IMG/VR virus record: IMGVR_UViG_3300027759_000046 | Coordinates: 124,001 to 188,000 of that record | Strand: one strand, 5' to 3' | DNA: 64,000 nucleotides | Shown here: piece by piece, positions 43,862 to 51,441 of the stretch | How positions within the stretch are numbered: the first letter of the stretch is position 1 | Layout: every line of letters begins with the position of its first letter | Notes under the pieces: generated by a model | The model's database searches: none | The model's input: the letters and a program-made list of their open reading frames with translations, nothing else | Told to the model about the DNA's origin: nothing | Position numbers and translations under genes: made by a program

Positions 43862-44848
43862 TTATAGTCCGTATCTCGCCTTTTGCGCATCAAAATTCTG
43901 CTTGATCTCGTTTGCTGTCAGTTCTCGATTATAGACCTGAAATGTTCCAATGTCTAGGCGATTCGTGTAGTTAGTCGAGTTCATCCAACCGCTGATCCTC
44001 ATTGTGCTGCCAAATCCTGGAGCTGAACCAGTTGAACTGTACTGTTGACTTAGGTTTTGTTGATTGGCGTTAATATAGATTTTGTTACTACTTGGAATAT
44101 TGGCATTAGCAGTCATTACGAATGCATAGTGAGCATAGCTACCGCTTAAACCTAGAGCTGAGACCTGTCCAGCTGAGATACCGTAAACGTCTCCATTACC
44201 AGTATTAAAGCCCAATGAATTGCCTTGCGTCCAAACATCGTAAGTCGTAAAGCCAAAGAACATGCCGCTCGTGAAAGAGGCCCATCTTATAAAGCCGGTT
44301 ACTGTTATTGTAGAAGCAGTGATGTGGCTTACGTTGACGTCTGCATAATCGTCAACTCCGTCAAAGTTAAGAAAACTTGCAGAAACCGATTGTGTGAATG
44401 TTGGACCGTTAATCATGCCTGCAGTCTTTGCGGCTGGGCTAACGTCGTACCATGTGCTACCGTTTCGTGGATAAGACGGGGCAAACGATGCATCAAAATT
44501 TAAGATTAGGTCGGTGGTAACAATCGCCTCATAATCTCTGTCGAGAGCCATCTTATCGGATTGAGTGTTAAACCAGTTAAGGCAGTCGGTTACAGTTGAG
44601 TAGTTTGTGCCTGCAATCTTATTGGTTATACGATAGAGACCGGCATCGTTGGCCGCAACATTAATACTTGGACCGCTGCTCGCCTTGTTTTGATAGACTG
44701 TGTAACCGTTTGTAGGTGGGGCAATTGCCGACCAGTAATCAGTTGTAACCGTTGGGCCCTTTGCAACATCGCCAACTCCAATCCAATAATTAGATTTTCT
44801 TAAAGCTTGAGTCTGTGCACTAGTACTGTATTTAATTGAATTAGCCAT
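43862..44848 (-). CDS. LamG-like virion protein, tandem paralog
   Basis: Same N-module and RDYEAIVT..L.LN.DA.F..SYP..G..WYD junction; FDGVDDY; YNRELT. Confidence 0.85.
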   Translation of the reverse strand: MANSIKYSTSAQTQALRKSNYWIGVGDVAKGPTVTTDYWSAIAPPTNGYTVYQNKASSGPSINVAANDAGLYRITNKIAGTNYSTVTDCLNWFNTQSDKMALDRDYEAIVTTDLILNFDASFAPSYPRNGSTWYDVSPAAKTAGMINGPTFTQSVSASFLNFDGVDDYADVNVSHITASTITVTGFIRWASFTSGMFFGFTTYDVWTQGNSLGFNTGNGDVYGISAGQVSALGLSGSYAHYAFVMTANANIPSSNKIYINANQQNLSQQYSSTGSAPGFGSTMRISGWMNSTNYTNRLDIGTFQVYNRELTANEIKQNFDAQKARYGL

Positions 44849-44860
44849 TCATGATTGGCG

Positions 44861-45319
44861 TTATTTTGTCTTCTTCACATTGGCCCAAGACTTGCTTGGA
44901 CTTGCCGCATTTACTCTGGCCATTGCCCATTGGTGAGCCGTCATACCAGGTCTTGAACCTGAAGAATAGAACGCGCCCAGTCCCTTGGCATATTCCCGTT
45001 TAAGATCTGCAAACGAGTAACCTTTCTTGGTTGCAACCTTTCTGATCTTAGCAAGAGTCTCTTTGCTTAGCTTGGCCTCATTAACTTGACTGTCCTTGCG
45101 TGGAGTGTTCTTCCAACCCGATTTACTACGCTCCTGTTTTTCCATCTCATCTCTAAGACGGTACGCCGCCTGAGCATCTCCCTTCTTAAGTAGATCCTTG
45201 GCCTTGTCCAGCTTCTTGTCTCGTGAGCTGCCTTCCGGTGCTTTGTAGATTGCAGGATTCTCTGACTTCTTTTCGGTAATCGGTAACTGCCAGTTTTCAA
45301 ATAGTTTAATGTGCTTCAC
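44861..45319 (-). CDS. Basic protein with CTS-like N-terminus (DUF5824-like C-domain)
   Basis: MKHIKLFENW; KGLGAFYSSGSRPG...QWAMARVN. Confidence 0.65.
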   Translation of the reverse strand: MKHIKLFENWQLPITEKKSENPAIYKAPEGSSRDKKLDKAKDLLKKGDAQAAYRLRDEMEKQERSKSGWKNTPRKDSQVNEAKLSKETLAKIRKVATKKGYSFADLKREYAKGLGAFYSSGSRPGMTAHQWAMARVNAASPSKSWANVKKTK

Positions 45320-45334
45320 TTAGCGTAGATAATT

Positions 45335-45787
45335 TTATTGGCGGCTTGGCCATACTCCTTCTACACAGATAATGTAGTTAATTCCTGCATAAGGTTGGCG
45401 GTTATTAACTGGTGTCCATTGCTCAGACACTCCAACGTTAGTCACAACGCTAGGAACGCCGTCTCTACCAGTTTCTTTGGTATCAAGCTTCTTCATCTCA
45501 ACATTAAGGTTAACATGATGGCCTGTGATAACGTTTGCTTCAGTACCGCCAGTCTCGCCGATATTAACTGGAGTTAAACCGCGACCTGAACCTGCTCCAA
45601 CTGGAACACGACCTCTAAGATCAGGCAGACAGAAAGTAGAGACACCGTCTCCTCCGTATAGGGTTCCGATTATCGCGTAAAGCGGGGTGTAATTTTTAAT
45701 TGATAGGGTTCGGCCGTCGCAATACATCCAACCGATTGGTTCGTAAGATCCAGCAAAAAGCTTGATCATTCCCATGAATTCTTCCAT
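45335..45787 (-). CDS. Tail-collar domain protein
   Basis: GMIKLFAG...GW..CDG..L.I.....LYAIIGT.YGGDG...F.LPDLRGR. Confidence 0.9.
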   Translation of the reverse strand: MEEFMGMIKLFAGSYEPIGWMYCDGRTLSIKNYTPLYAIIGTLYGGDGVSTFCLPDLRGRVPVGAGSGRGLTPVNIGETGGTEANVITGHHVNLNVEMKKLDTKETGRDGVPSVVTNVGVSEQWTPVNNRQPYAGINYIICVEGVWPSRQ

Positions 45788-45811
45788 TGTATTTAAAGTT
45801 TTTTTATAGGG

Positions 45812-46060
45812 TTATTTATCGTCGAGCCACGCAGATAATAGGCACACGGCAAACCAGATTCCATTGACCGCTAGAATAATCCAGAGTAGGGGCCATGCGA
45901 AACTCCAGCCTGCATAGGCTTCTGAATTTGATCGCCAATCATCGTCGTCTTGCTGCCCGTCATAGACATCAATACCTAGCGGGCTCTTGAACCTGTGTAG
46001 TAGAAATAGGGTTATTAGGTAGCCGACTGAATAGACAGCTAAGATATTGAATGCTGTCAT
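45812..46060 (-). CDS. Two-TM membrane protein
   Basis: Hydrophobic helices; WPL motif. Confidence 0.65.
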   Translation of the reverse strand: MTAFNILAVYSVGYLITLFLLHRFKSPLGIDVYDGQQDDDDWRSNSEAYAGWSFAWPLLWIILAVNGIWFAVCLLSAWLDDK

Positions 46061-46063
46061 GGT

Positions 46064-46471
46064 CTACTTGTGTTTTGTGCTCGTGAAACCCCTAATTACT
46101 TGACCGACTCTGTACCTGTTATCTGAATAGAACATGATGCCGCATTCAGTTACGTAGGCATACGGTGGCATCTCTCTGGTACCAATCACTTCGGCTATTG
46201 TACAGTCAAAGTGTTTCTCAGTCGTATCGATGGGCGGCGCGATGGTCTCCTCATAGGTTGACTTGCCGTTTGGTTGGCTCGTGATCGTTGTGCCTTGACT
46301 CGTGAAGTAATGGGAATTGCCGTCATTGAACCTGTACATGCGAATGCCATCGTATTCAAACAGGAACTCGATCTTGATATCGTTGCCGACCGTTGTTGTG
46401 GATTGCGGATCATGGTAGCACGAACTCAAGAGGCTCAGTGCGAGTAGAGAAAAGATTAGAGTATTTTTCAT
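46064..46471 (-). CDS. Lipoprotein (DUF4884-like)
   Basis: Start MKNTLIF (ATG 46471), LLSSC lipobox, EFLFEYDG.RMYRF.DG. Confidence 0.7.
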   Translation of the reverse strand: MKNTLIFSLLALSLLSSCYHDPQSTTTVGNDIKIEFLFEYDGIRMYRFNDGNSHYFTSQGTTITSQPNGKSTYEETIAPPIDTTEKHFDCTIAEVIGTREMPPYAYVTECGIMFYSDNRYRVGQVIRGFTSTKHK

Positions 46472-46481
46472 TGTGCTTGGA

Positions 46482-46748
46482 TTACGAATTAAGTTGTACT
46501 GAGACCCAAATACCAAGATAGGAACCAATCACGGAGCCGGTAACGTAACCGATCCATTGGTGTAGAGCCTCCTCGCTGCGGGCGATCTTGCGGATAATAA
46601 AGAAAGACAGCGTGGCCAACATGAAATCAGTTAGTGCAGCTGAATGGTATTGAGTTGTTGCAACTGCTCGGTAATTAATACACAAGAGCGAGTAACTAAC
46701 GATCTGTATTGCGGCCAGTAACAAGGCCTCTTTGATTTTTTGTTTCAT
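46482..46748 (-). CDS. Three-TM membrane protein
   Basis: Hydrophobic profile. Confidence 0.7.
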   Translation of the reverse strand: MKQKIKEALLLAAIQIVSYSLLCINYRAVATTQYHSAALTDFMLATLSFFIIRKIARSEEALHQWIGYVTGSVIGSYLGIWVSVQLNS

Positions 46749-46749
46749 C

Positions 46750-46944
46750 TTATTTTGATTTAAGTTTAATTAATCCGTCTTTCTGAATGACTACTTTGCT
46801 CTTGTCTATGATTTTAACTTCACTTAATAAGATCTTACTCGGCTCATCTAAATAATAAATGTAGTCCTTATCATTTTCCATAATCATTCCCACTTCACAA
46901 TATAGTGGACTTATGCCGGGTGGCTGAAAATATATTGCGGTCAT
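46750..46944 (-). CDS. Hypothetical protein
   Basis: 64-aa ORF. Confidence 0.6.
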   Translation of the reverse strand: MTAIYFQPPGISPLYCEVGMIMENDKDYIYYLDEPSKILLSEVKIIDKSKVVIQKDGLIKLKSK

Positions 46945-47120
46945 TCTAGTCTTGTTTGTTTACGTTTATTAAAAATGTTGTGTTGATAGCTCAGGTCCCA
47001 GATAAATCGGGTTCGACACGTCCATACCCACCGCTTGACTCTCCACCAACGTTTGAGCTTGACCGGCCACGGATCGTTCTCCATTTCCTTAAGCAGTCTC
47101 TCTACTACTTTACTTCTCAT
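46941..47120 (-). CDS. Small Trp/Arg-rich protein (59 aa, not in ORF track)
   Basis: MRSKVVERLLKEMENDPWPVKLKRWWRVKRWVW...; overlaps both neighbours as in an operon. Confidence 0.6.
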   Translation of the reverse strand: MRSKVVERLLKEMENDPWPVKLKRWWRVKRWVWTCRTRFIWDLSYQHNIFNKRKQTRLE

Positions 47121-47565
47121 CTGACTTAGGTTTAGTAGTTATGTCAAAGGTTGCATAGATCTTTCGGGCCGCAATCTCGTGCCAGTCAGGAATGTTGCGT
47201 TCGTGTTTCTTCTGTTCCTCCTTGAGCCGTTGAGTAATTGCCTTTATGATCTGTTCTTTATCAGCAGACTCTGCCGATCCCGGCCAGTCCGTGTACCTAA
47301 GACCCCACTGCACATTGGTCCACAGCATCTGCCGTTCGGCCATGGCCTTGCGCATTTTCAGGTGCTTACGTAGGTAGGCAACGCCCCATGCCTTCCATTC
47401 CTCTGCCTGTTCAACCGTCATGGTCCAGTCCCGATACCACGCGTCCTTGCGATCCTTGATGTCTTCATAGGTTACGGGGTGGCCTGCAATCTCAAACATC
47501 TTGTTAAGGATATCGACGACTGACTGGTCTTGCTTCTGTTCTCGGGTTAGTCTGACAGTTTTCAT
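47110..47565 (-). CDS. Hypothetical protein
   Basis: 151-aa ORF; class II promoter upstream. Confidence 0.75.
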   Translation of the reverse strand: MKTVRLTREQKQDQSVVDILNKMFEIAGHPVTYEDIKDRKDAWYRDWTMTVEQAEEWKAWGVAYLRKHLKMRKAMAERQMLWTNVQWGLRYTDWPGSAESADKEQIIKAITQRLKEEQKKHERNIPDWHEIAARKIYATFDITTKPKSDEK

Positions 47566-47609
47566 GGTAAGTCTATTATACCAAATATTGGGGAAAAGGT
47601 TATTGCAGA

Positions 47610-48434
47610 CTAGGCAGTCTTAACGATATCAGCTAGGGTCTTGGCTCTAGCGCCGACCTGTTTCGCCCAGTCCGAGTTTAGCATCTCCGATGAGGCAGCA
47701 CTGAAATTTTGTTGTTTGATTTGGGCTAGAAAGTTCGTGAAGGCCGAGAGACCCTTTTTACCAAGATTGAAAACCATTTCGGTTATAACTCCCTGCACGG
47801 CAGGCGGTAGAGAAGGTAGAGTTGGCACAAGCTCCTGTGCATCAGCCTTGGCCTGACCAAGATCGGTCAGTAGCAGCGAGTCTATTTGGGCCTGAGTTAA
47901 TGATGAGGTTCCGGCCTTGATCTTTTCGGGATTGGCTCCAACCTTTTTTAGTTGGGCAACAGCGTCTTCACGGTTAAGATTGAAACCTACACCAACTGTT
48001 GGAATCTGCCTGGAGTCTAGATACTTAACGGGCTTGGAACCCTCATGACGGATAACTCGGTCCTTGATTGAGGCAATGATTGGGTCGGTCGTTGGCGGCG
48101 GTGCAGTAAACGAATTCAGGTACCGTTCGGCCCCAATGGTCTTGACGTGGGTCATGATCTGATTACGGAAGCCAGAGTCCAGGATTCCAAGCTCGCCGTT
48201 GACCGCGTCGCCCACACTTGGATAGGCCCATGCTCTCTGCTGATCGTCATGCCCTGCCTTTAGGGCCTGATTGACCTTGACAAAAGAGGCAGCATCCGGA
48301 ATCTGGCGGATTGCCGAGACCAGACTCTCCTCGTCCGTGCCGAGTCCTGAGACTGCGGTCTGAATCTGTGCTGCCAGCTGGTCAGCAGTCGCGGCCTCGT
48401 TTAGCCAGCTCTCAAATAGGTTAATGTGTTTCAT
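47610..48434 (-). CDS. CTS-like peptide + annexin-like repeat + T4-type (GH24) lysozyme
   Basis: MKHINLFESWLNE; AVSGLGTDEESLV...SVGDAVNGELG; RHEG...YLD...PTVGVGFN...EMVFNLG...SDWAKQVGARA. Confidence 0.85.
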   Translation of the reverse strand: MKHINLFESWLNEAATADQLAAQIQTAVSGLGTDEESLVSAIRQIPDAASFVKVNQALKAGHDDQQRAWAYPSVGDAVNGELGILDSGFRNQIMTHVKTIGAERYLNSFTAPPPTTDPIIASIKDRVIRHEGSKPVKYLDSRQIPTVGVGFNLNREDAVAQLKKVGANPEKIKAGTSSLTQAQIDSLLLTDLGQAKADAQELVPTLPSLPPAVQGVITEMVFNLGKKGLSAFTNFLAQIKQQNFSAASSEMLNSDWAKQVGARAKTLADIVKTA

Positions 48435-48453
48435 TGTTAATAGTTGTCTGTGA

Positions 48454-48918
48454 TTAGCGAGCGTATCGCTTCAAGGTCTGTGCTGCCGCAGCTGGCGTCA
48501 CGTTGCGCCAAGTAACTCGGTTTGAAATCTCCTGTGCCAAGTCGTCGATCGTCATGCTCTGATCTTGCATGAATCTGTCAACAAGCTCTGCAACCTCTTC
48601 GCTGCCACGGTTGAAGTACTCGTCTGCTAGCACCATCTCCAAATTATCTGGACGGTTGCGGTACTTTGCTGCGGTCTGAGCATTACGACCTCCGTTAACA
48701 TCAGCCTCGCGCCAGTCTCTAGTACGAGCCGAGACCCTGTCAAAACGATCGCGATCAGCGGGTTTCATGGCCTCGTAATCGTCCACTATATCTAGCAGGT
48801 CCTGGTACGAGCCATCGTCCGCGCCACTACTATGGCTGTGGGCTCTACGCAGTAGGTCATGGGCTGGGTTGCTGCCCTCGGCTAGGAATTCGGTAAAGCG
48901 TTTAACTTGTGTCTTCAT
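48454..48918 (-). CDS. Protein with CTS-like N-terminus
   Basis: MKTQVKRFTEFLAE (compare T4 IPIII MKTYQEFIAE). Confidence 0.8.
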   Translation of the reverse strand: MKTQVKRFTEFLAEGSNPAHDLLRRAHSHSSGADDGSYQDLLDIVDDYEAMKPADRDRFDRVSARTRDWREADVNGGRNAQTAAKYRNRPDNLEMVLADEYFNRGSEEVAELVDRFMQDQSMTIDDLAQEISNRVTWRNVTPAAAAQTLKRYAR

Positions 48919-48942
48919 CTGTTAATATTTGTTTTTATCTGA

Positions 48943-49473
48943 TTATTTATCTAAATCTGAGTCCAGCATATAGGCTGCATCGTGGTCTTCGCCTCTCCAC
49001 CAGACTGCACGGGCTCCGCTGCGTTGGTCAAGCCAAACCTCAAGGTCAATCGAGCCAAAGTTCTCTTGCGCAATGATCTCAGCGGACTCGGCCTGCACAA
49101 GATCTTGCTGGTCATCGAGCGCAAAGAGACCGGGTAACGAGCGCACGAGCGCCTTGAATCTGGGCATGTCGTGCCAGGTCGTTGCAGTTGTATTGAAGAC
49201 CTCGACCACCTGTTCCAGAGGTAGAACCTGCAGTACGGCGGCCTGATCCGCCAAGCCAAGCGCCTGCAGTCGAGCCGCAGCCGGGCCAAGCTCAAGGCCC
49301 AGCACCTTGCACGCCCACAGAGCGGAGTCAACCGTGTCCAGATAGTAGTTGACATCGTTGTCCAGCTGGACGGCCATCAGCTCTTCCGAAAAGTTATCCG
49401 GATTGACGACATCTCGGAGCGTTGCAATATCGTGCTCACGCGCGTAGTTCTCAAATAGTTTAAGGTGCTTCAT
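48943..49473 (-). CDS. Protein with CTS-like N-terminus and RLxxLGL tag
   Basis: MKHLKLFENY; ARLQALGLAD; late promoter at 49477-49486. Confidence 0.75.
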   Translation of the reverse strand: MKHLKLFENYAREHDIATLRDVVNPDNFSEELMAVQLDNDVNYYLDTVDSALWACKVLGLELGPAAARLQALGLADQAAVLQVLPLEQVVEVFNTTATTWHDMPRFKALVRSLPGLFALDDQQDLVQAESAEIIAQENFGSIDLEVWLDQRSGARAVWWRGEDHDAAYMLDSDLDK

Positions 49474-49573
49474 GCTTTTATTTATTCGATAGGTAGACCC
49501 GGTTCCAGGCCTTTTCGAGCCTCAAGACTCCGGTGCGCGCCCTACAACAATTAGGTAAAGATACCCAGTCTAC

Positions 49574-49666
49574 TTATACTAGAAAAAAGATAAAGATACA
49601 AGACAACACTACAGCCAGACCTATAGGCCAGACCCAACTCCATTCTATCTTACAAGTTCTTTTCAT
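49574..49666 (-). CDS. 30-aa membrane peptide (not in ORF track)
   Basis: MKRTCKIEWSWVWPIGLAVVLSCIFIFFLV after GAGTATATTAG. Confidence 0.45.
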   Translation of the reverse strand: MKRTCKIEWSWVWPIGLAVVLSCIFIFFLV

Positions 49667-49698
49667 AAGCCTAATATACTCTATACCCGGTAACCGGG

Positions 49699-49879
49699 AC
49701 TAGGGAGTACCTGGCAACCTGACCAGCCTCCAGACCCTATAGACCCAGACACGGGACTAGGGAGTAACCCCGAACCCTGAGCCAGACCCCAGACTCGCCT
49801 GACCCCGATGGGACTAGGGAGTGCCGGGCAGCCAGCCGCCCTTGGGGTACCTGCTCGGCCTGCTTAAACACTAGGGAGT
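49699..49879 (+). repeat. Array of four ACTAGGGAGT sites at exact 57-bp period
   Basis: Starts at 49699, 49756, 49813, 49870; 47-bp intervening sequences diverged. Confidence 0.95.
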
Positions 49880-50013
49880 ACGGTGACCCCCTCGGCCTCG
49901 CCGGAAACTCTGGACTCCAGGGTCTCGCGGGGCCGGGGATGCCGAGACTATAGGGACTGGACGGGACATGGGGATCCGCGGAGTCTCGGCAGACCGGGTA
50001 TAAATAAGTCTAT

Positions 50014-50682
50014 ATGGAAACACGCGATACACAAGACGGAGCCGAGGATAACAGAGATTACCTTGCGCCCGGCCACGGACCTACTGGCAATCTGGTCTAT
50101 AAGAAAGATGCAGCTCGGTACCTAGGTATAAGCCTTAAGACTCTAGAGCGCTATGTGAAACAGGGTCTGGTCAAGCCCTTTAAGAACGAGGTAAACGGCC
50201 GAACCTACTTTGACCAGCTGGATCTACTAGCCTTACTAGGGAGTAGACTACCCCAAGAACGAGAGGTTGTGCTGTACTGCCGGGCTGCGGGGATTCCGGA
50301 TCAGGGTAAAGCCGGCGTATCCAGCCAGGCCAGACTGCGAGACCAGGTAGACCGCTGTACCGAGTACTGTACCAAGGCTGGGGTCCGGGTCGATCGTATA
50401 ATCCAAGAGATTGGAAAGGGGCACACCCTGAATGGTCGCAGCGGGATTGACCAATTGCTGGATTTAGTGTTCCGAAAGAAGGTATCAATGATCGTGATCG
50501 AGTGCCCGGATCGTCTGGCTCGTTGGGGCATGGGCGAGGTCTTGGAGAGATTCCTGACCTGGCACGGTGTAGAGCTGCATGTTATAAACAAGGGCTGGTC
50601 ACGTGCCGAATTCCGCGAAGAGGTAAAAGAAGATCTTGCGGGAATCCTATTCGAGGCGAAACGCCTGCTAGGAGAAGCTTAA
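50014..50682 (+). CDS. IS607 TnpA-like serine recombinase (HTH + resolvase fold), catalytic Ser apparently lost
   Basis: AARYLGIS.KTL.RY...G HTH; YCRAA in place of YxRVS; EIGKG...GR; DRLARWG; no adjacent tnpB; promoter TATAAATA at 49999-50006. Confidence 0.85.
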   Translation: METRDTQDGAEDNRDYLAPGHGPTGNLVYKKDAARYLGISLKTLERYVKQGLVKPFKNEVNGRTYFDQLDLLALLGSRLPQEREVVLYCRAAGIPDQGKAGVSSQARLRDQVDRCTEYCTKAGVRVDRIIQEIGKGHTLNGRSGIDQLLDLVFRKKVSMIVIECPDRLARWGMGEVLERFLTWHGVELHVINKGWSRAEFREEVKEDLAGILFEAKRLLGEA

Positions 50683-51053
50683 CTAAATATTGTTGGATTA
50701 CGGCGGCCCCATTCTCTGAGCAAGACGCCAGCCTGGGAGTTTGCCTCGTTCTCTATGTCAGATCCGTCGGCACCGTCCAAGACCTTGCCGCTGTCGCGCT
50801 GATGATGGTGTACCAATTCATGGGCCAAGGTTCTGTACCAGTCTGCACGGACTCTGGTTCCGCGAAGAACCCAGATCTCATTGGACTGTGGATTAAAGTA
50901 TCCCATTGACTTATTTAACATAGCCTCCCTATGGTCATCAGAAATGTGGATCGTTGGGGTGCTGGTCCAGCCTAACTGCTGACGACAGAAGTGTACGAAC
51001 TCCTCTAATTCGGAGTCTTCCTGCCATTCACGGGATTCTTTAATGTATTTCAT
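50679..51053 (-). CDS. HExxH metallopeptidase-like protein with CTS-like start
   Basis: MKYIKE; TLAHELVHH...E.EAN..AG; late promoter at 51057-51066. Confidence 0.75.
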   Translation of the reverse strand: MKYIKESREWQEDSELEEFVHFCRQQLGWTSTPTIHISDDHREAMLNKSMGYFNPQSNEIWVLRGTRVRADWYRTLAHELVHHHQRDSGKVLDGADGSDIENEANSQAGVLLREWGRRNPTIFS

Positions 51054-51249
51054 ATAGTTATTTATTCATGGAGTTCTCAGCGAACCCCAGAAATGTGACC
51101 TTTGTACCTGTCTCGGGGTTTCCCCCAGCACGGGGCGAGCTCCAGAGCCCATGCCAGGTCGGCACGGCCCCGGGGCTTTGGGCGCCTTATTCTAATATAC
51201 CATTTTGCCCATCATTCGGCAATTAAATAATAAAAAAATAAGATACGTT

Positions 51250-51384
51250 ATGGCTAAACAGATTATTGCAAGACTCCACCTTGCTAAACCCAAAGTAAAG
51301 AAACCCGGCGTACACGCCAAGTCCGGTTCCTCTCGCAACAAGAGATCCAAGAACTACAAGAAGCCCAACGTTGGACAGGGCTAA
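51250..51384 (+). CDS. Small highly basic protein (44 aa, not in ORF track)
   Basis: MAKQIIARLHLAKPKVKKPGVHAKSGSSRNKRSKNYKKPNVGQG. Confidence 0.65.
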   Translation: MAKQIIARLHLAKPKVKKPGVHAKSGSSRNKRSKNYKKPNVGQG

Positions 51385-51389
51385 ACCCA

Positions 51390-51421
51390 AAAAAGGGACT
51401 CCACTAGGGAGTCCCTCTCTT
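51390..51421. terminator. Bidirectional terminator containing an ACTAGGGAGT copy
   Basis: AAAAAAGGGACTCC-ACTAG-GGAGTCCCT. Confidence 0.75.
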
Positions 51422-51441
51422 CATTAACCAATTAACCTTTC

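Noticed and set aside
49699-49926. CRISPR mini-array
   Set aside because: The repeat is only 10-13 bp and non-palindromic, spacers 1 and 2 resemble each other, there are no cas genes, and the same motif is scattered within genes
50014-50682. Active IS607 insertion sequence
   Set aside because: No tnpB, catalytic Ser missing, and expression from a phage late-type promoter
50180-50909. Overlapping ORFs around the recombinase
   Set aside because: GC-rich shadow frames with no recognisable motifs or start context
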